Program-made: the position numbers and the translations under genes
Assembly (NCBI RefSeq): GCF_000011805.1
Contig: NC_006841.2
DNA length: 32,000 nucleotides
Reading direction: 5' to 3' (one strand)
Source: Aliivibrio fischeri ES114
GTDB lineage: Bacteria; Pseudomonadota; Gammaproteobacteria; Enterobacterales; Vibrionaceae
Notes under the pieces: generated by a model
What the model was told of the DNA's origin: nothing
What the model saw: only the letters and a program-made list of their open reading frames with translations
Database searches by the model: none
In this document: one piece after another, positions 10,710-21,124 of the stretch
Layout: each line of letters starts with the position of its first letter
Position numbering within the stretch: position 1 is the stretch's first letter

Positions 10710-11747
10710 TTACATATTTGATTTCATACCGTGAGCGATGGTCCAAACGAGCCGAGCAACTAAACGTGCCGTTTGATTATCAATATCAAAGGTAGGATTA
10801 AACTCAGCGAGATCCGCCAGTAGTAATTTGGATTCACCGTGTTGGTTTTTAGCTTTTAAAATATCGGGTAACAGTGATTCTATAATGTCTAATGAAACAC
10901 CACGCACTGCAGGAGCGCTTACCCCTGGTGCGCATGACGCTGGAAATACGTCGATATCGATAGTGAGATAAAGAAAGTCGTTTTGTTCAATGAATTCGGA
11001 AAGAGCCTGTTTAATTTGAGGTAAATTTAATAGGTTCATTTCAATATCATCAAAATGAAGCACACCTAACTGTTTTGCTTTGTGATAAAGAGCTTGAGTA
11101 TTACTGCCTTTATTTAGACCTAAACAGGCATAGTGGAAAGGCCAATGTTGAACATGACAAAATTCTGATATTTGGTGGAATGGGGTTCCAGAGTTACCGT
11201 ATTGTTTACTTGATTGAGACGCTGAACTTGATGGTGATTGAGATAAGTTCCTCAAATCAAAATGTGCATCGAAATTAATGATACCAATACGTGGTGGAGG
11301 TGTAGGTGATGTTAAAACAGCTCTGCTTTGTAAATAACGAGCAATGCCTTGAAATGATCCCCATGCTACTTCATGACCACCTCCGAGAACAATAACTTGA
11401 TGCCTATTGGCTAAGGCTGATTTTATTTTGATCCCGAGTTGCTTTTGAGCTAATTCAAGGTCGCCATCATTACACTGGATATCTCCTCCATCATAAACAT
11501 CGCTTTGATGGTGCCAAGCTAAATTAGCTAATGCACGGCGAATGACCTGAGGAGCGGCATAAGCTCCCTTACGTCCTTTATTACGAATAACGCCTTCATC
11601 ACAAGCAAAGCCTAATAGCATTATGCCATCTTGGTTTGTACTATTTGTCACTTTTACTTTTTGATGCCATCGCAAACCAAGTTCACCATCTTCATGATCC
11701 ACTCTTCCCATCCAGCTTGTCATATTGACCGATGAATTATTTTTCAT
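10710..11747 (-). CDS. hutG: Formimidoylglutamase (arginase/ureohydrolase fold)
   Basis: Ureohydrolase metal motifs are present: [18 protein letters not shown] and TIDIDVF. The track ORF starts at TTG 11768. ATG 11747 has GGAGAG 7 nt upstream and overlaps the hutI stop (ATGAAAAATAA), so the start is uncertain among 11768, 11762, 11747 and 11723. Confidence 0.85.
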
Positions 11748-12963
11748 GAAAGATCTCTCCATCGACAACCCTAGCTATTAGGTCAGGTACTCCTAATCGA
11801 TAAGAAAGTTCAGCGGGTGACTCCAACTGCCAAATAGCAAAATCTGCCTCCATACCAACCGCTATTTTTCCTCTGAAATGTTGTAACCCAAGTGCTTGAG
11901 CTGCATGACAAGTGACGCCTCGTAATGATTCTTCTGGCGTTAATTTAAATAAGGTACAGGCCATGTTCATTATTGTTCTCAATGATGCAATAGGAGAGGT
12001 TCCGGGGTTAAAATCCGTCGCAATGGCCATTGGTATCTTATATTGCCTTAATAAAGGAATTGGGGGGAGTTTGCTTTCTTTTAGATAATAGAAGGCTCCG
12101 GGAAGTAGAGTTGCTACGGTATTATTCGTTGCTAATGCTTTAACACCATTTTCATCAAGGTATTCGATGTGATCAACAGAGTCAGCTCCCATAGAGGCCG
12201 CTAACGCACTCCCTTCAAGGTTAGATAGTTGCTCTGTATGTCCTTTAATTCGTAATCCATGATTTAGTGCTGCACGGAAAACTCGTTCACATTGTTTGGG
12301 TGAAAATCCAATGCCTTCGCAAAAAACATCAACATGATTGGCAAGATTCAATTTAACCACTTGAGGAATGATGCTTTCGCAAATTAAATCAATATATTCA
12401 TCGGAGCGGTTTTTGTATTCAGGAGGGACAGCATGAGCAGCAAGAAGAGTGGTTGATACCTTCATATCAGGTAATTCTGATATACGTTTAGCTACCTTGA
12501 GCATTTTTATTTCATCATCAAGAGTTAGACCATAACCTGATTTGATCTCAATCGTAGTGACACCGTCACGTTTGAGTCCTTCTAGGCGCTGTACCGCTAG
12601 GTGATAAAGCTCATCTTCACTTGCTTCACGTGTTGCATGAACGGTAGATAAAATTCCGCCACCTTGTTTTGCTATCTCTTCATAAGGTATGCCTAGCAAA
12701 CGTTGTTCGAATTCATTTGCACGATTTCCTGCAAAAATAAGATGTGTATGGCAGTCAATGAAACCGGGAGTAACTAATGCGTGTGCACAATCAATAATAT
12801 CAGGGTGGCCATGTAAAATAGAGGGACAGGGTTCACCAACATATTCAACTTTCCCGTTTCTTACTCCAATCATGGTATCTTTTAGCACTTGATAGCCATC
12901 AGAACCCGTCTGCTGTTTATCTACCATAGAAACAAGATGTAAATTAATAAAAACTCTGTCCAT
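11737..12963 (-). CDS. hutI: Imidazolonepropionase
   Basis: 408 aa amidohydrolase with [11 protein letters not shown] and the downstream His/Asp ligands. First gene of the hutIGUH unit. Confidence 0.93.
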
Positions 12964-13007
12964 ACGTCATGTCCATTTTTATCTGATTATCGTGATAAAA
13001 AACTATA

Positions 13008-13017
13008 TGTATATACA
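13008..13017. promoter_or_regulatory. Candidate HutC operator in the hutC-hutI intergenic region
   Basis: TGTATATACA is a perfect 10-bp palindrome. It contains GT-a-TA-t-AC, the GT-N-TA-N-AC core typical of HutC-subfamily GntR operators. It lies 45 nt upstream of the hutI ATG. Confidence 0.5.
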
Positions 13018-13146
13018 AATAAATAGTCTGTTTTTGATGAAAAGACAAGATGGGATGTAATGAAGTTGTGATCAAAAGTACAATTATTAACCATTGCACT
13101 TTTATAATTGTGAGGAGGGAACTCGATGAAATGTGAGCTTAGAACA

Positions 13147-13848
13147 TTATACTTTACTGCGAGATGTCAGTTTATATCTGTCACCTGGATGATATAAAAG
13201 TGCAATGCTAACTAATTTGTCTTCACTCCAAGTTCGACGGTTCAGTAATAAGCAGGGCGTTTTATTATCCATATGCAAAAGTTCGGAAACGTGTTCATTT
13301 GGAATGATTGCCTCCACAGAATGTTCTATATCACTTAAAGGGCAAATCTGAACCAAATATTCATTCGGTGTTTGCAATGTAAAATCTTGTTTTAGATAAT
13401 CTTTTACAAATAGCGGATTAACCCATCGGTCTTCTAATTGAATGGGAACATCATTTTCGTAATGAACAATTTGAGTGAAATAAATCGAAGTATCATTACG
13501 AACCCCAATTTTTAAAGCAATATCATCTTTAGCTATTACTTCTTCTTTTTTAATTACTTTACTACTGTAATGGTGACCACGTTGGTGTACTTCTGTTGCT
13601 ATATTACGAATTTCCATCAGAGGAGATTCAGCTTTTTTATGACAAACAAAGGTGCCTAAGCGCGGTGTTCGCTCTAATAAGCCTTCATTTACAAGCTCTT
13701 TAATGGCTTTGTTTGCTGTCATACGACTGACTGAAAATTCATTAGCAAGATCTATCTCTGTTGGTATTTTATAGCCAATAGGCCAAGTTCTTGTTTGAAT
13801 TTTTTCGTTCAGATATTGCTTTATCAGTAAGTAACGAGGTTGGCTCAT
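13147..13848 (-). CDS. hutC: Histidine utilisation repressor, GntR/HutC family
   Basis: 233 aa. The N-terminal winged HTH is LANEFSVSRMTANKAIKELVNEGLLER, followed by a UTRA-type effector domain. Adjacent to the hut genes. Confidence 0.9.
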   Translation of the reverse strand: MSQPRYLLIKQYLNEKIQTRTWPIGYKIPTEIDLANEFSVSRMTANKAIKELVNEGLLERTPRLGTFVCHKKAESPLMEIRNIATEVHQRGHHYSSKVIKKEEVIAKDDIALKIGVRNDTSIYFTQIVHYENDVPIQLEDRWVNPLFVKDYLKQDFTLQTPNEYLVQICPLSDIEHSVEAIIPNEHVSELLHMDNKTPCLLLNRRTWSEDKLVSIALLYHPGDRYKLTSRSKV

Positions 13849-13990
13849 AGTGTTCTACTTTTAAATTGACTATACAAATAAAAGCAATTTTTTGAATAAC
13901 TTTCAAGTTAAATTGTTATTTATTAGATCAGAGTAAGTTAGATGAAATCATTTCATACTCAGAGTAAACTGTGCCTGAAACCAATTCAAA

Positions 13991-14629
13991 ATGATTAGAG
14001 CATTATCAATGCATTTATTAGACAGATTAACCATTCGTCTTTTTCATGATGAAAGACAGAAGCAGTTTTCAGGTGATCATGCGAGAAGTTTGGGGTGGAG
14101 TTCTACTGAATCTCAATTTTTGCGTTTTAAAACGATGACGCAAGCAATCAACTTTGAGCAAAAAACGGTGTTGGATTTGGGCTGTGGTTACGGTGATTTT
14201 AAAACATTTTTAGATATGAGTTGTTGTATTAAGAGCTATACCGGTGTTGATCAACAGAGCAGTTTTATCAAGCAGGCGAAATCATTATTTAAGCACCATA
14301 CAAATTGTGAGTTTATTAAAGCCGATTTTTCTGCAACGACTTTACCAAAGGCCGATATCGTTGTTGCAAGTGGATCTTTAAATTATCGAGCTAGAAATAA
14401 AACTTATCATGCAAAAGTGATTAAAGAGATGTATGAGAGAGCAGAAGAGGCCGTTATTTTTAACTTATTGAATAGCGAACACTTTACATCGTCAAGTTTA
14501 TTAGAAGCACATGACCCACAGCAGGTTTTGAAATACTGTTTAAGCTTTTGTCCAGACAGTGAATTAATAACCGATTATGCAAATGAAGATTTCACAATCG
14601 TAATGCGTCATAGCAATAGTAGTAAATAA
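13991..14629 (+). CDS. Class I SAM-dependent methyltransferase, substrate unknown
   Basis: Motif I VLDLGCGYGDF is present, plus an acidic post-I residue pattern. There is no obvious RBS at 13991, and the start could be the downstream Met (MHLLDR). Confidence 0.7.
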   Translation: MIRALSMHLLDRLTIRLFHDERQKQFSGDHARSLGWSSTESQFLRFKTMTQAINFEQKTVLDLGCGYGDFKTFLDMSCCIKSYTGVDQQSSFIKQAKSLFKHHTNCEFIKADFSATTLPKADIVVASGSLNYRARNKTYHAKVIKEMYERAEEAVIFNLLNSEHFTSSSLLEAHDPQQVLKYCLSFCPDSELITDYANEDFTIVMRHSNSSK

Positions 14630-14640
14630 CCAATACAAAA

Positions 14641-14676
14641 ATGGCTAATCGAAGTGATTAGCCATTTTATTTTTAT
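14641..14676. terminator. Bidirectional rho-independent terminator between the convergent methyltransferase and FKBP genes
   Basis: Perfect 10-bp stem: atggctaatc (14641-14650) pairs with gattagccat (14656-14665) around a 5-nt loop. caaaaa lies upstream and tttatttttat downstream. Confidence 0.8.
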
Positions 14677-14696
14677 CTTATTGAGATGAGTTTGGA

Positions 14697-15170
14697 TTAT
14701 TTAAAATCAAGTAACTCAACATCGAAAATAAGTACTGAACCTGGTTGGATAGAGCCAGCTGAGCGATTACCGTAAGCTAAATCGCTAGGGATAAAGAAAC
14801 GCATCTTTTGGCCAACAACCATTAATTGAACACCTTCTGTCCAACCTTTGATCACTTGATTTAAACCGAATTCAATCGGCTCGCCACGCTCAACAGAGCT
14901 ATCAAACACTTTACCGTCAATAGTTGTTCCATGGTAGTGAACTTTCACTTTGCTTTTCGCTGTAGGGTGCTCAGTGCCTGTACCTTCTTCAAGTACAAGA
15001 TATTGAAGACCAGAAGCTGTAGTTTGAACACCTTCTTTCGTCGCATTTTCAGCAAGAAATGCGTTGCCAAGTTCAATATTTGCTTTAGCCGCTTTTGGGT
15101 TATTCACAAAATGTTGAAGCAGCATATAACCTAAAACGATTATAGCTAGTGTGATAATGATTTTAGACAC
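14697..15170 (-). CDS. FKBP-type peptidyl-prolyl cis-trans isomerase with N-terminal membrane anchor/signal
   Basis: FKBP core is present: VHYHGTTIDGKVFDSS, FGLNQVIKGWTEG, IPSDLAYG. The N-terminus is hydrophobic (IIITLAIIVLGYMLL). GTG start with AGGAAA upstream. Confidence 0.88.
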   Translation of the reverse strand: MSKIIITLAIIVLGYMLLQHFVNNPKAAKANIELGNAFLAENATKEGVQTTASGLQYLVLEEGTGTEHPTAKSKVKVHYHGTTIDGKVFDSSVERGEPIEFGLNQVIKGWTEGVQLMVVGQKMRFFIPSDLAYGNRSAGSIQPGSVLIFDVELLDFK

Positions 15171-15194
15171 ATTATTTCCTTATATTTAAATCAA

Positions 15195-15833
<639 letters not shown>

Positions 15834-15881
15834 TTATGATTTCGAATGAAAATAGCATGAAATGAAGAAAGTAGAAATGAA

Positions 15882-15905
15882 ATAGGACAACAAATGTTGT
15901 CCTAT
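15882..15905 (-). terminator. Hairpin terminator downstream of csiV
   Basis: ataggacaac (15882-15891) pairs with gttgtcctat (15896-15905) around a 4-nt loop. It is 32 nt after the stop at 15937, and the trailing sequence on the minus strand is T-rich. Confidence 0.55.
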
Positions 15906-15936
15906 TTTGGTAAATATGTGTAAAGATTTTATATAA

Positions 15937-16827
15937 TTAGACTTTACGCACTTGGATAATCATACCCATAAGAGGGTGGTCGATATAGTGAGTTTCTCCA
16001 CTACGCATCTGACGTTTCTCTTTCATACGGTAAGATTTAAGAAATTCTTTAATCTCTGTATCTGGGGTTACATCTTCAAGGTGACCAAGTTGAATGTTTT
16101 CATTCATTGGTTGAGCTGGTTCTAATTCTGTTGCTGTTACTTCAACGGCTTCTTCGTTGTTTTCATCATTTGTAACAATATCTGTTGATTCTTCAACTAC
16201 AGCTTCTTTTTCCTCAGGCGTATTTACAATAAATTCATGTTTACCTGGAACTTTAAGATCTAGCTCTGTTTTTACGTATAGATAGTGTTGTACGTAAACT
16301 TGCATTGTTCCATCAAGTTCTAGAATTGGACCTGATTGAACCGTTGGCGTTTCTGGTGCTAGGTTTTCATCATCTTCAACGAGTGCAGGTGTCGGTGCTG
16401 GAGCGTCTAAAGGCACTAAAGATAAGTCTGCTTTAGCATCAGCAATGGTTCGGCCATCCGCAACAAAACGATCTGAGAAATCTTGACCTGCTTGAATATG
16501 AAAAATAGGAGAACGAGAAGAGCCTGAATCTCCTTGACGCCAAGCTACATGCACTAATGGTTTAAAACCAGCATGATTCTGAAGTTTTTGATAAACGTCA
16601 TTTAGCTTGTATTGCGAAATTAAAAAAGCACCATTTTTGCTCATCATAGCTTTGTCGCGATATGAGAAAGCGCGATCCAAATTAATTGGATCCAAAACAT
16701 CAGGCCAAGCCTCTTGATAAGATGATGGTTCTACATTGCGTTTAAAAATAATAACTTCAATATCAAATTGGCGAGCAAAAGAAGGCCAACTTGCTAGTAA
16801 AATCAACGCGTAAATTATTTTTTTCAT
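15937..16827 (-). CDS. csiV: Periplasmic CsiV-like peptidoglycan-binding protein
   Basis: Signal peptide, then RQFDIEVIIFKR, and an acidic low-complexity middle. Its position immediately downstream of mfd matches V. cholerae csiV as I recall it. This is a memory-based family call. Confidence 0.6.
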   Translation of the reverse strand: MKKIIYALILLASWPSFARQFDIEVIIFKRNVEPSSYQEAWPDVLDPINLDRAFSYRDKAMMSKNGAFLISQYKLNDVYQKLQNHAGFKPLVHVAWRQGDSGSSRSPIFHIQAGQDFSDRFVADGRTIADAKADLSLVPLDAPAPTPALVEDDENLAPETPTVQSGPILELDGTMQVYVQHYLYVKTELDLKVPGKHEFIVNTPEEKEAVVEESTDIVTNDENNEEAVEVTATELEPAQPMNENIQLGHLEDVTPDTEIKEFLKSYRMKEKRQMRSGETHYIDHPLMGMIIQVRKV

Positions 16828-16916
16828 TCATACTCCGGTGAAAAAGGGCTCTAAAGCTTCAATCATCCATAACTGAAGCTAAAAATTTGGTTTTTCTTAT
16901 AATTTAAACCTAATAA

Positions 16917-19900
16917 CTAGATTCTATTTTCGTTGAACAGTTTGAGCAAGTCCATTACGTATTTAATTCGTGTTTGTCTCTCTGTTAAGTCTTTTATAAA
17001 TTTGACTTTGGTTGGGCCATCTAGAGCAAACCCCGTAGGGTCTTTCTGTAATAATGACACAAGGAACATAGGGTTTATGTCAGCAGTAGGTTCAAATTCA
17101 ATGTAACCACCATTACCATGTGCTTCCAATTTCTTTACTTTTAATGAAGCGGCTAACATTTTCACTTCTGAGCTGATCAACAATGTTTGCGTTGCTTCTG
17201 GTAGAGTGCCGAATCGATCAATGATTTCTACTTTTAGCTCATCTAATTCACCGTTGCTCGATACACTTGCAATACGTTTATATAGAGATAGACGAGTATT
17301 AACATCTGGTATGTAATCTTCTGGAATTAATGATGGCAAACGTAGCTCAACTTCCGTTTGTTCACGTAGTAGATCATCCAAAGATGGCTCTTTACCTTCT
17401 TTTAATGCTTCAACGGCTTGCTCTAACATTTCCATATAAAGCGTAAAGCCAACGGATTGAATTTGACCACTTTGACCGTCACCCAACAATTCACCTGCAC
17501 CACGAATTTCTAAATCGTGTGTTGCTAAGGTAAAGCCTGCACCTAGATCTTCAAGTGAAGCAATAGCATCTAAACGCTTTCTTGCATCTTTGCTTAACGC
17601 TTTAGGGTGCGGTGTTAATAAATAAGCATACGCTTGGTGATGCGAACGACCAACACGGCCTCGTAATTGGTGTAGTTGTGCTAAACCTAGTTTGTCAGCT
17701 CTATCCATAATAATGGTGTTGGCTGTTGGTACATCAATACCGGTTTCAATAATGGTGGTACAAACCAACACATTAAAGCGTTGATGGTAAAAATCTCCCA
17801 TGATTTTTTCTAGCTCGCGTTCACGCATTTGGCCATGAGCTAACGTAACACGAGCTTCTGGGATCAATTTTTCGATCTCTTCTGCTGCGTTTTGAATCGT
17901 ATCTACGTTGTTATGAAGTACATACACTTGGCCACCACGCTTAATTTCACGCAGGATGGCTTCTTTAATCACATCATCGGCTTTTTCACGAACAAACGTT
18001 TTAATAGCTAAGCGTCGAGCCGGTGGTGTAGCAATGATGGAAAGATCACGCATACCGCTCATTGCCATATTCAAAGTTCTTGGAATTGGTGTTGCTGTTA
18101 GCGTTAAAATATCAACGTCGGCACGCATGGCTTTTACTTTCTCTTTCTGACGCACACCAAAGCGGTGTTCTTCATCAACAATAAGTAAGCCTAAATCATC
18201 AAATTTGATGCTGTCTTGCAGCAATTTGTGCGTGCCGATCAGAATATCAACTTTACCTTCAGCGGTTGCTGCTAGGATTTCTTTTTGTTCTTTGGCTGAT
18301 TTAAAGCGAGAAAGCACTTCAACACGAATAGGGAAATTCGCAAAACGATCTCGGAAGTTTTCAAAGTGTTGCTGAGCAAGCAAGGTTGTCGGAACTAATA
18401 CGGCAACTTGTTTTTCATTATGCGTAGCTAAGAAAGCAGCACGCATGGCAACTTCTGTTTTACCAAAGCCTACATCACCACACACAAGGCGATCCATGGC
18501 TTTAGCTTGGCACATATCCGATAATACGGCATTAATCGCAATGTCTTGATCGTGCGTCTCTTCAAATGGGAAGCTCGCTTTAAAATCAGCATAAGCTTCA
18601 CGATCCTGTTTGAAGGCAAAACCGGGCTTAATAGCGCGTTTTGCGTATACATCTAATAGTTCAGCAGCAACATCACGCACTTTTTCTGCGGCTTTGCGAC
18701 GTGCTTTGGTCCACGCTTCCCCACCTAATTTATGAATAGGGGCGGTTTCATCAGCTCCGGCAGAATAGCGACTGATGAGGTTCAATGAAGACACAGGAAC
18801 GTACAATTTGGCTTGGTCTTGGTACTCAAGCATCATGTATTCTGCTGGCATATCACCAACATCTAGAGTTTGAAGCCCCATGTAACGACCAATACCGTGG
18901 TCTAAGTGAACAACAGGTTGTCCAATTTTTAGCTCAGCAAGGTTGCGAATAATGGTGTCGCTGCTAGCAGATTGCTTATCACCACGACGACGGCGTTGTA
19001 TGACACGCTCACCCAATAAATCACTTTCACAGATGAAAGCAACGCACGGATCTTGAAGAATAAAACCACGTTCGGCAGAGCCGATAACCAAGGTCGCTTT
19101 GTTTTTATGCGACATGGCTTCTTTCATGGTTTCACAAATTGCAGGTTTGAGCTTAATGCGAGCTAATAGTTCTAATAACGCTTCACGGCGACCTTCTGAT
19201 TCAACAGAGAAGATAACTTGTCCACTGAATTTCTCGTAAAATTGACGAAATTGAGCAAATGGTTCTTTGTTTTGATGCTGAATTGCAATTTCAGGTAGCT
19301 CAAGCAGATCGGGATTAAAACGACCTGCTTTTTCTTTTTCTGGTTCTTTAGAGAGTTTTACGCGCGGATACTGCTTAAATAAAGCAAACATATCGGCGGT
19401 ATTTAGCCAAAGTTCATTAACAGGAAGAAGAGGGCGAAGCGGGTCAACTCGACGTTGATCATATCGATATTCAGCATCGGCTAAGAAATCGTCGGCTGCC
19501 TTTTCAATGTCACCAATAGTAACCAATAATGTGTTGTCTGGTAGGTAATCAAATAAGGTTTCTGTCTCATCAAAAAATAATGGTTGCCAATATTCGACAC
19601 CAGCAGGCCATGCACCTTTACTGATTTGTTGATATACCGATTCTGGTTCACGTCGAGCATCAAAGCGTTGACGCCAACGAATACGGAAATCTTCTATTGC
19701 TTCATCATCGGTTGGAAATTCATGAGCTGGCAATAGGTTGATCGATTTAACTTCTTCAATCGTGCGTTGATTTTCAGGATCAAATTGACGGATCGAATCA
19801 ATTTCATCATCAAAAAAGTCGATTCTAAATGGGTGACCATTACCCATTGGGAAAAGATCAATAATGGAACCACGGCTTGCATATTCACCATGACTCATTA

Positions 19901-20384
19901 CTTGATCGACATGTAGGTACCCAGACTTTTCCAATTGCAGCTTTAATTTGTCGAATGATAGACGATCGCCAACATTAACCACTAACGCATGTTTGTGTAG
20001 AAATGATTGAGGAGACTGACGTTGCAGTAATGTGCTTACTGGAACGATAAGAGTCCCATTCTTCTGTTGTGGAAGATGATAAAGACGTGATAGACGGTCT
20101 GAAATGATATCCTGATGCGGAGAAAAACTGTCATAAGGCAAAGTCTCCCAATCAGGAAAGACATCAACTGCATTTTGAGAAAATTGGTTAATTTCATTTT
20201 GTAAACGAAATGCCAATTGAGGCTCAGTAACGGCAACGATGATAGGCCCTTGGTGCTGCTGCTCTATCTCGGCAATCGCGAGAGCAAGAGAAGAACCCGT
20301 AAGATTACCAACAGAGCGGGTATCATTTGCTTTTGTTGGTAATGAAAGTGACAGTAAATTTTTAATAGGCATCAGGATATTCAA
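16917..20384 (-). CDS. mfd: Transcription-repair coupling factor
   Basis: About 1150 aa. Walker A is GDVGFGKTEVA and the DEEH box is LLIVDEEHRFG, followed by the helicase C and TRG regions. The track start at 20384 is TTG. ATG 20372 (MPIKNLL) is the alternative. Confidence 0.95.
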   Translation of the reverse strand: MNILMPIKNLLSLSLPTKANDTRSVGNLTGSSLALAIAEIEQQHQGPIIVAVTEPQLAFRLQNEINQFSQNAVDVFPDWETLPYDSFSPHQDIISDRLSRLYHLPQQKNGTLIVPVSTLLQRQSPQSFLHKHALVVNVGDRLSFDKLKLQLEKSGYLHVDQVMSHGEYASRGSIIDLFPMGNGHPFRIDFFDDEIDSIRQFDPENQRTIEEVKSINLLPAHEFPTDDEAIEDFRIRWRQRFDARREPESVYQQISKGAWPAGVEYWQPLFFDETETLFDYLPDNTLLVTIGDIEKAADDFLADAEYRYDQRRVDPLRPLLPVNELWLNTADMFALFKQYPRVKLSKEPEKEKAGRFNPDLLELPEIAIQHQNKEPFAQFRQFYEKFSGQVIFSVESEGRREALLELLARIKLKPAICETMKEAMSHKNKATLVIGSAERGFILQDPCVAFICESDLLGERVIQRRRRGDKQSASSDTIIRNLAELKIGQPVVHLDHGIGRYMGLQTLDVGDMPAEYMMLEYQDQAKLYVPVSSLNLISRYSAGADETAPIHKLGGEAWTKARRKAAEKVRDVAAELLDVYAKRAIKPGFAFKQDREAYADFKASFPFEETHDQDIAINAVLSDMCQAKAMDRLVCGDVGFGKTEVAMRAAFLATHNEKQVAVLVPTTLLAQQHFENFRDRFANFPIRVEVLSRFKSAKEQKEILAATAEGKVDILIGTHKLLQDSIKFDDLGLLIVDEEHRFGVRQKEKVKAMRADVDILTLTATPIPRTLNMAMSGMRDLSIIATPPARRLAIKTFVREKADDVIKEAILREIKRGGQVYVLHNNVDTIQNAAEEIEKLIPEARVTLAHGQMRERELEKIMGDFYHQRFNVLVCTTIIETGIDVPTANTIIMDRADKLGLAQLHQLRGRVGRSHHQAYAYLLTPHPKALSKDARKRLDAIASLEDLGAGFTLATHDLEIRGAGELLGDGQSGQIQSVGFTLYMEMLEQAVEALKEGKEPSLDDLLREQTEVELRLPSLIPEDYIPDVNTRLSLYKRIASVSSNGELDELKVEIIDRFGTLPEATQTLLISSEVKMLAASLKVKKLEAHGNGGYIEFEPTADINPMFLVSLLQKDPTGFALDGPTKVKFIKDLTERQTRIKYVMDLLKLFNENRI

Positions 20385-20387
20385 TTA

Positions 20388-20957
20388 TTAAGTTAAGTTT
20401 CTTTCTTGCGCACGCAGTTTTAATACTTTCTGCTGTTGGAAAAGCGCCGCTTTTATCAATAAGTCTTGATCGATATCACGTAGCAGTTGATACGCCATTT
20501 CAATAATAAAGCCGTTTTCTGTCTCAGTACACTGAGTCACCGTTGCATAGCAATAAATGGCTGAAGGCGGGTGCTCTAAAAACAGTTTAACTTTGGCCAT
20601 TTGACCTATGGTTAACGCGGTATCAGTCTCGTAAGTAAATTTACTTGCACCAAAAGTTAAGGTTTTATGGCGATACATCGCTTCGTCTTGTTGAATTAAC
20701 AAGTAAGAAAGAAGTAGATTAAGTTTTTGATTTTGATTATTTAAATAGTTAGCTAGACGCTTTCCATCGTCTTGTTTTAAAAATGACAATTCACTTTCTG
20801 ATACGTCGTCTAAAGCGCTGCATTCTTGAGCTACACGAAATGGAGCGGGGATTTCTCGCTCAAACGTTTCCATGTTTGGTAGTGGAGTATCAACAGCAAG
20901 TGGTTCTACATTGATGGTTAAATCATAGTGAACCGAAAAATATTCATCGTGCGACAT
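20388..20957 (-). CDS. PilZ-like domain protein (PlzB-like), canonical c-di-GMP motifs not evident
   Basis: 189 aa, ending in TAA TAA 3 nt before the mfd start. The position matches V. cholerae plzB next to mfd as I recall it. I see only a weak TFGASKF resemblance to the D/NxSxxG motif and no clear RxxxR. Confidence 0.5.
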   Translation of the reverse strand: MSHDEYFSVHYDLTINVEPLAVDTPLPNMETFEREIPAPFRVAQECSALDDVSESELSFLKQDDGKRLANYLNNQNQKLNLLLSYLLIQQDEAMYRHKTLTFGASKFTYETDTALTIGQMAKVKLFLEHPPSAIYCYATVTQCTETENGFIIEMAYQLLRDIDQDLLIKAALFQQQKVLKLRAQERNLT

Positions 20958-21124
20958 AAGCGTCCCTCTATTTATTATTCATTAATTATGGCGAAGTCAC
21001 TGAGTATCAGCAAGTGTTTAATCTTTTTGAATGAGAGGAAGAAGTGTAAAAAAGGAATAAATACCAGTATTTTACGTGATAGACTATAGGATTATAGCTT
21101 GTATATGCGCGATTGAGAGAATTT

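Noticed and set aside
7766-12892. Plus-strand ORFs inside hutH, hutU, hutG and hutI (7766..8116, 8079..8354, 9163..9351, 9407..9670, 11075..11278, 12689..12892)
   Set aside because: All are antisense to enzymes with clear catalytic motifs. None has a start context or any recognisable domain.
13126-13197. 23-codon plus-strand sORF (MKCELRTLYFTARCQFISVTWMI) with a strong GAGGAGG RBS 7 nt upstream, antisense to the hutC 3' end
   Set aside because: The RBS-like purine tract may be coincidental. I see no plus-strand promoter or terminator, and I cannot assess conservation. It would be worth a ribosome-profiling look, but there is not enough support to call it.
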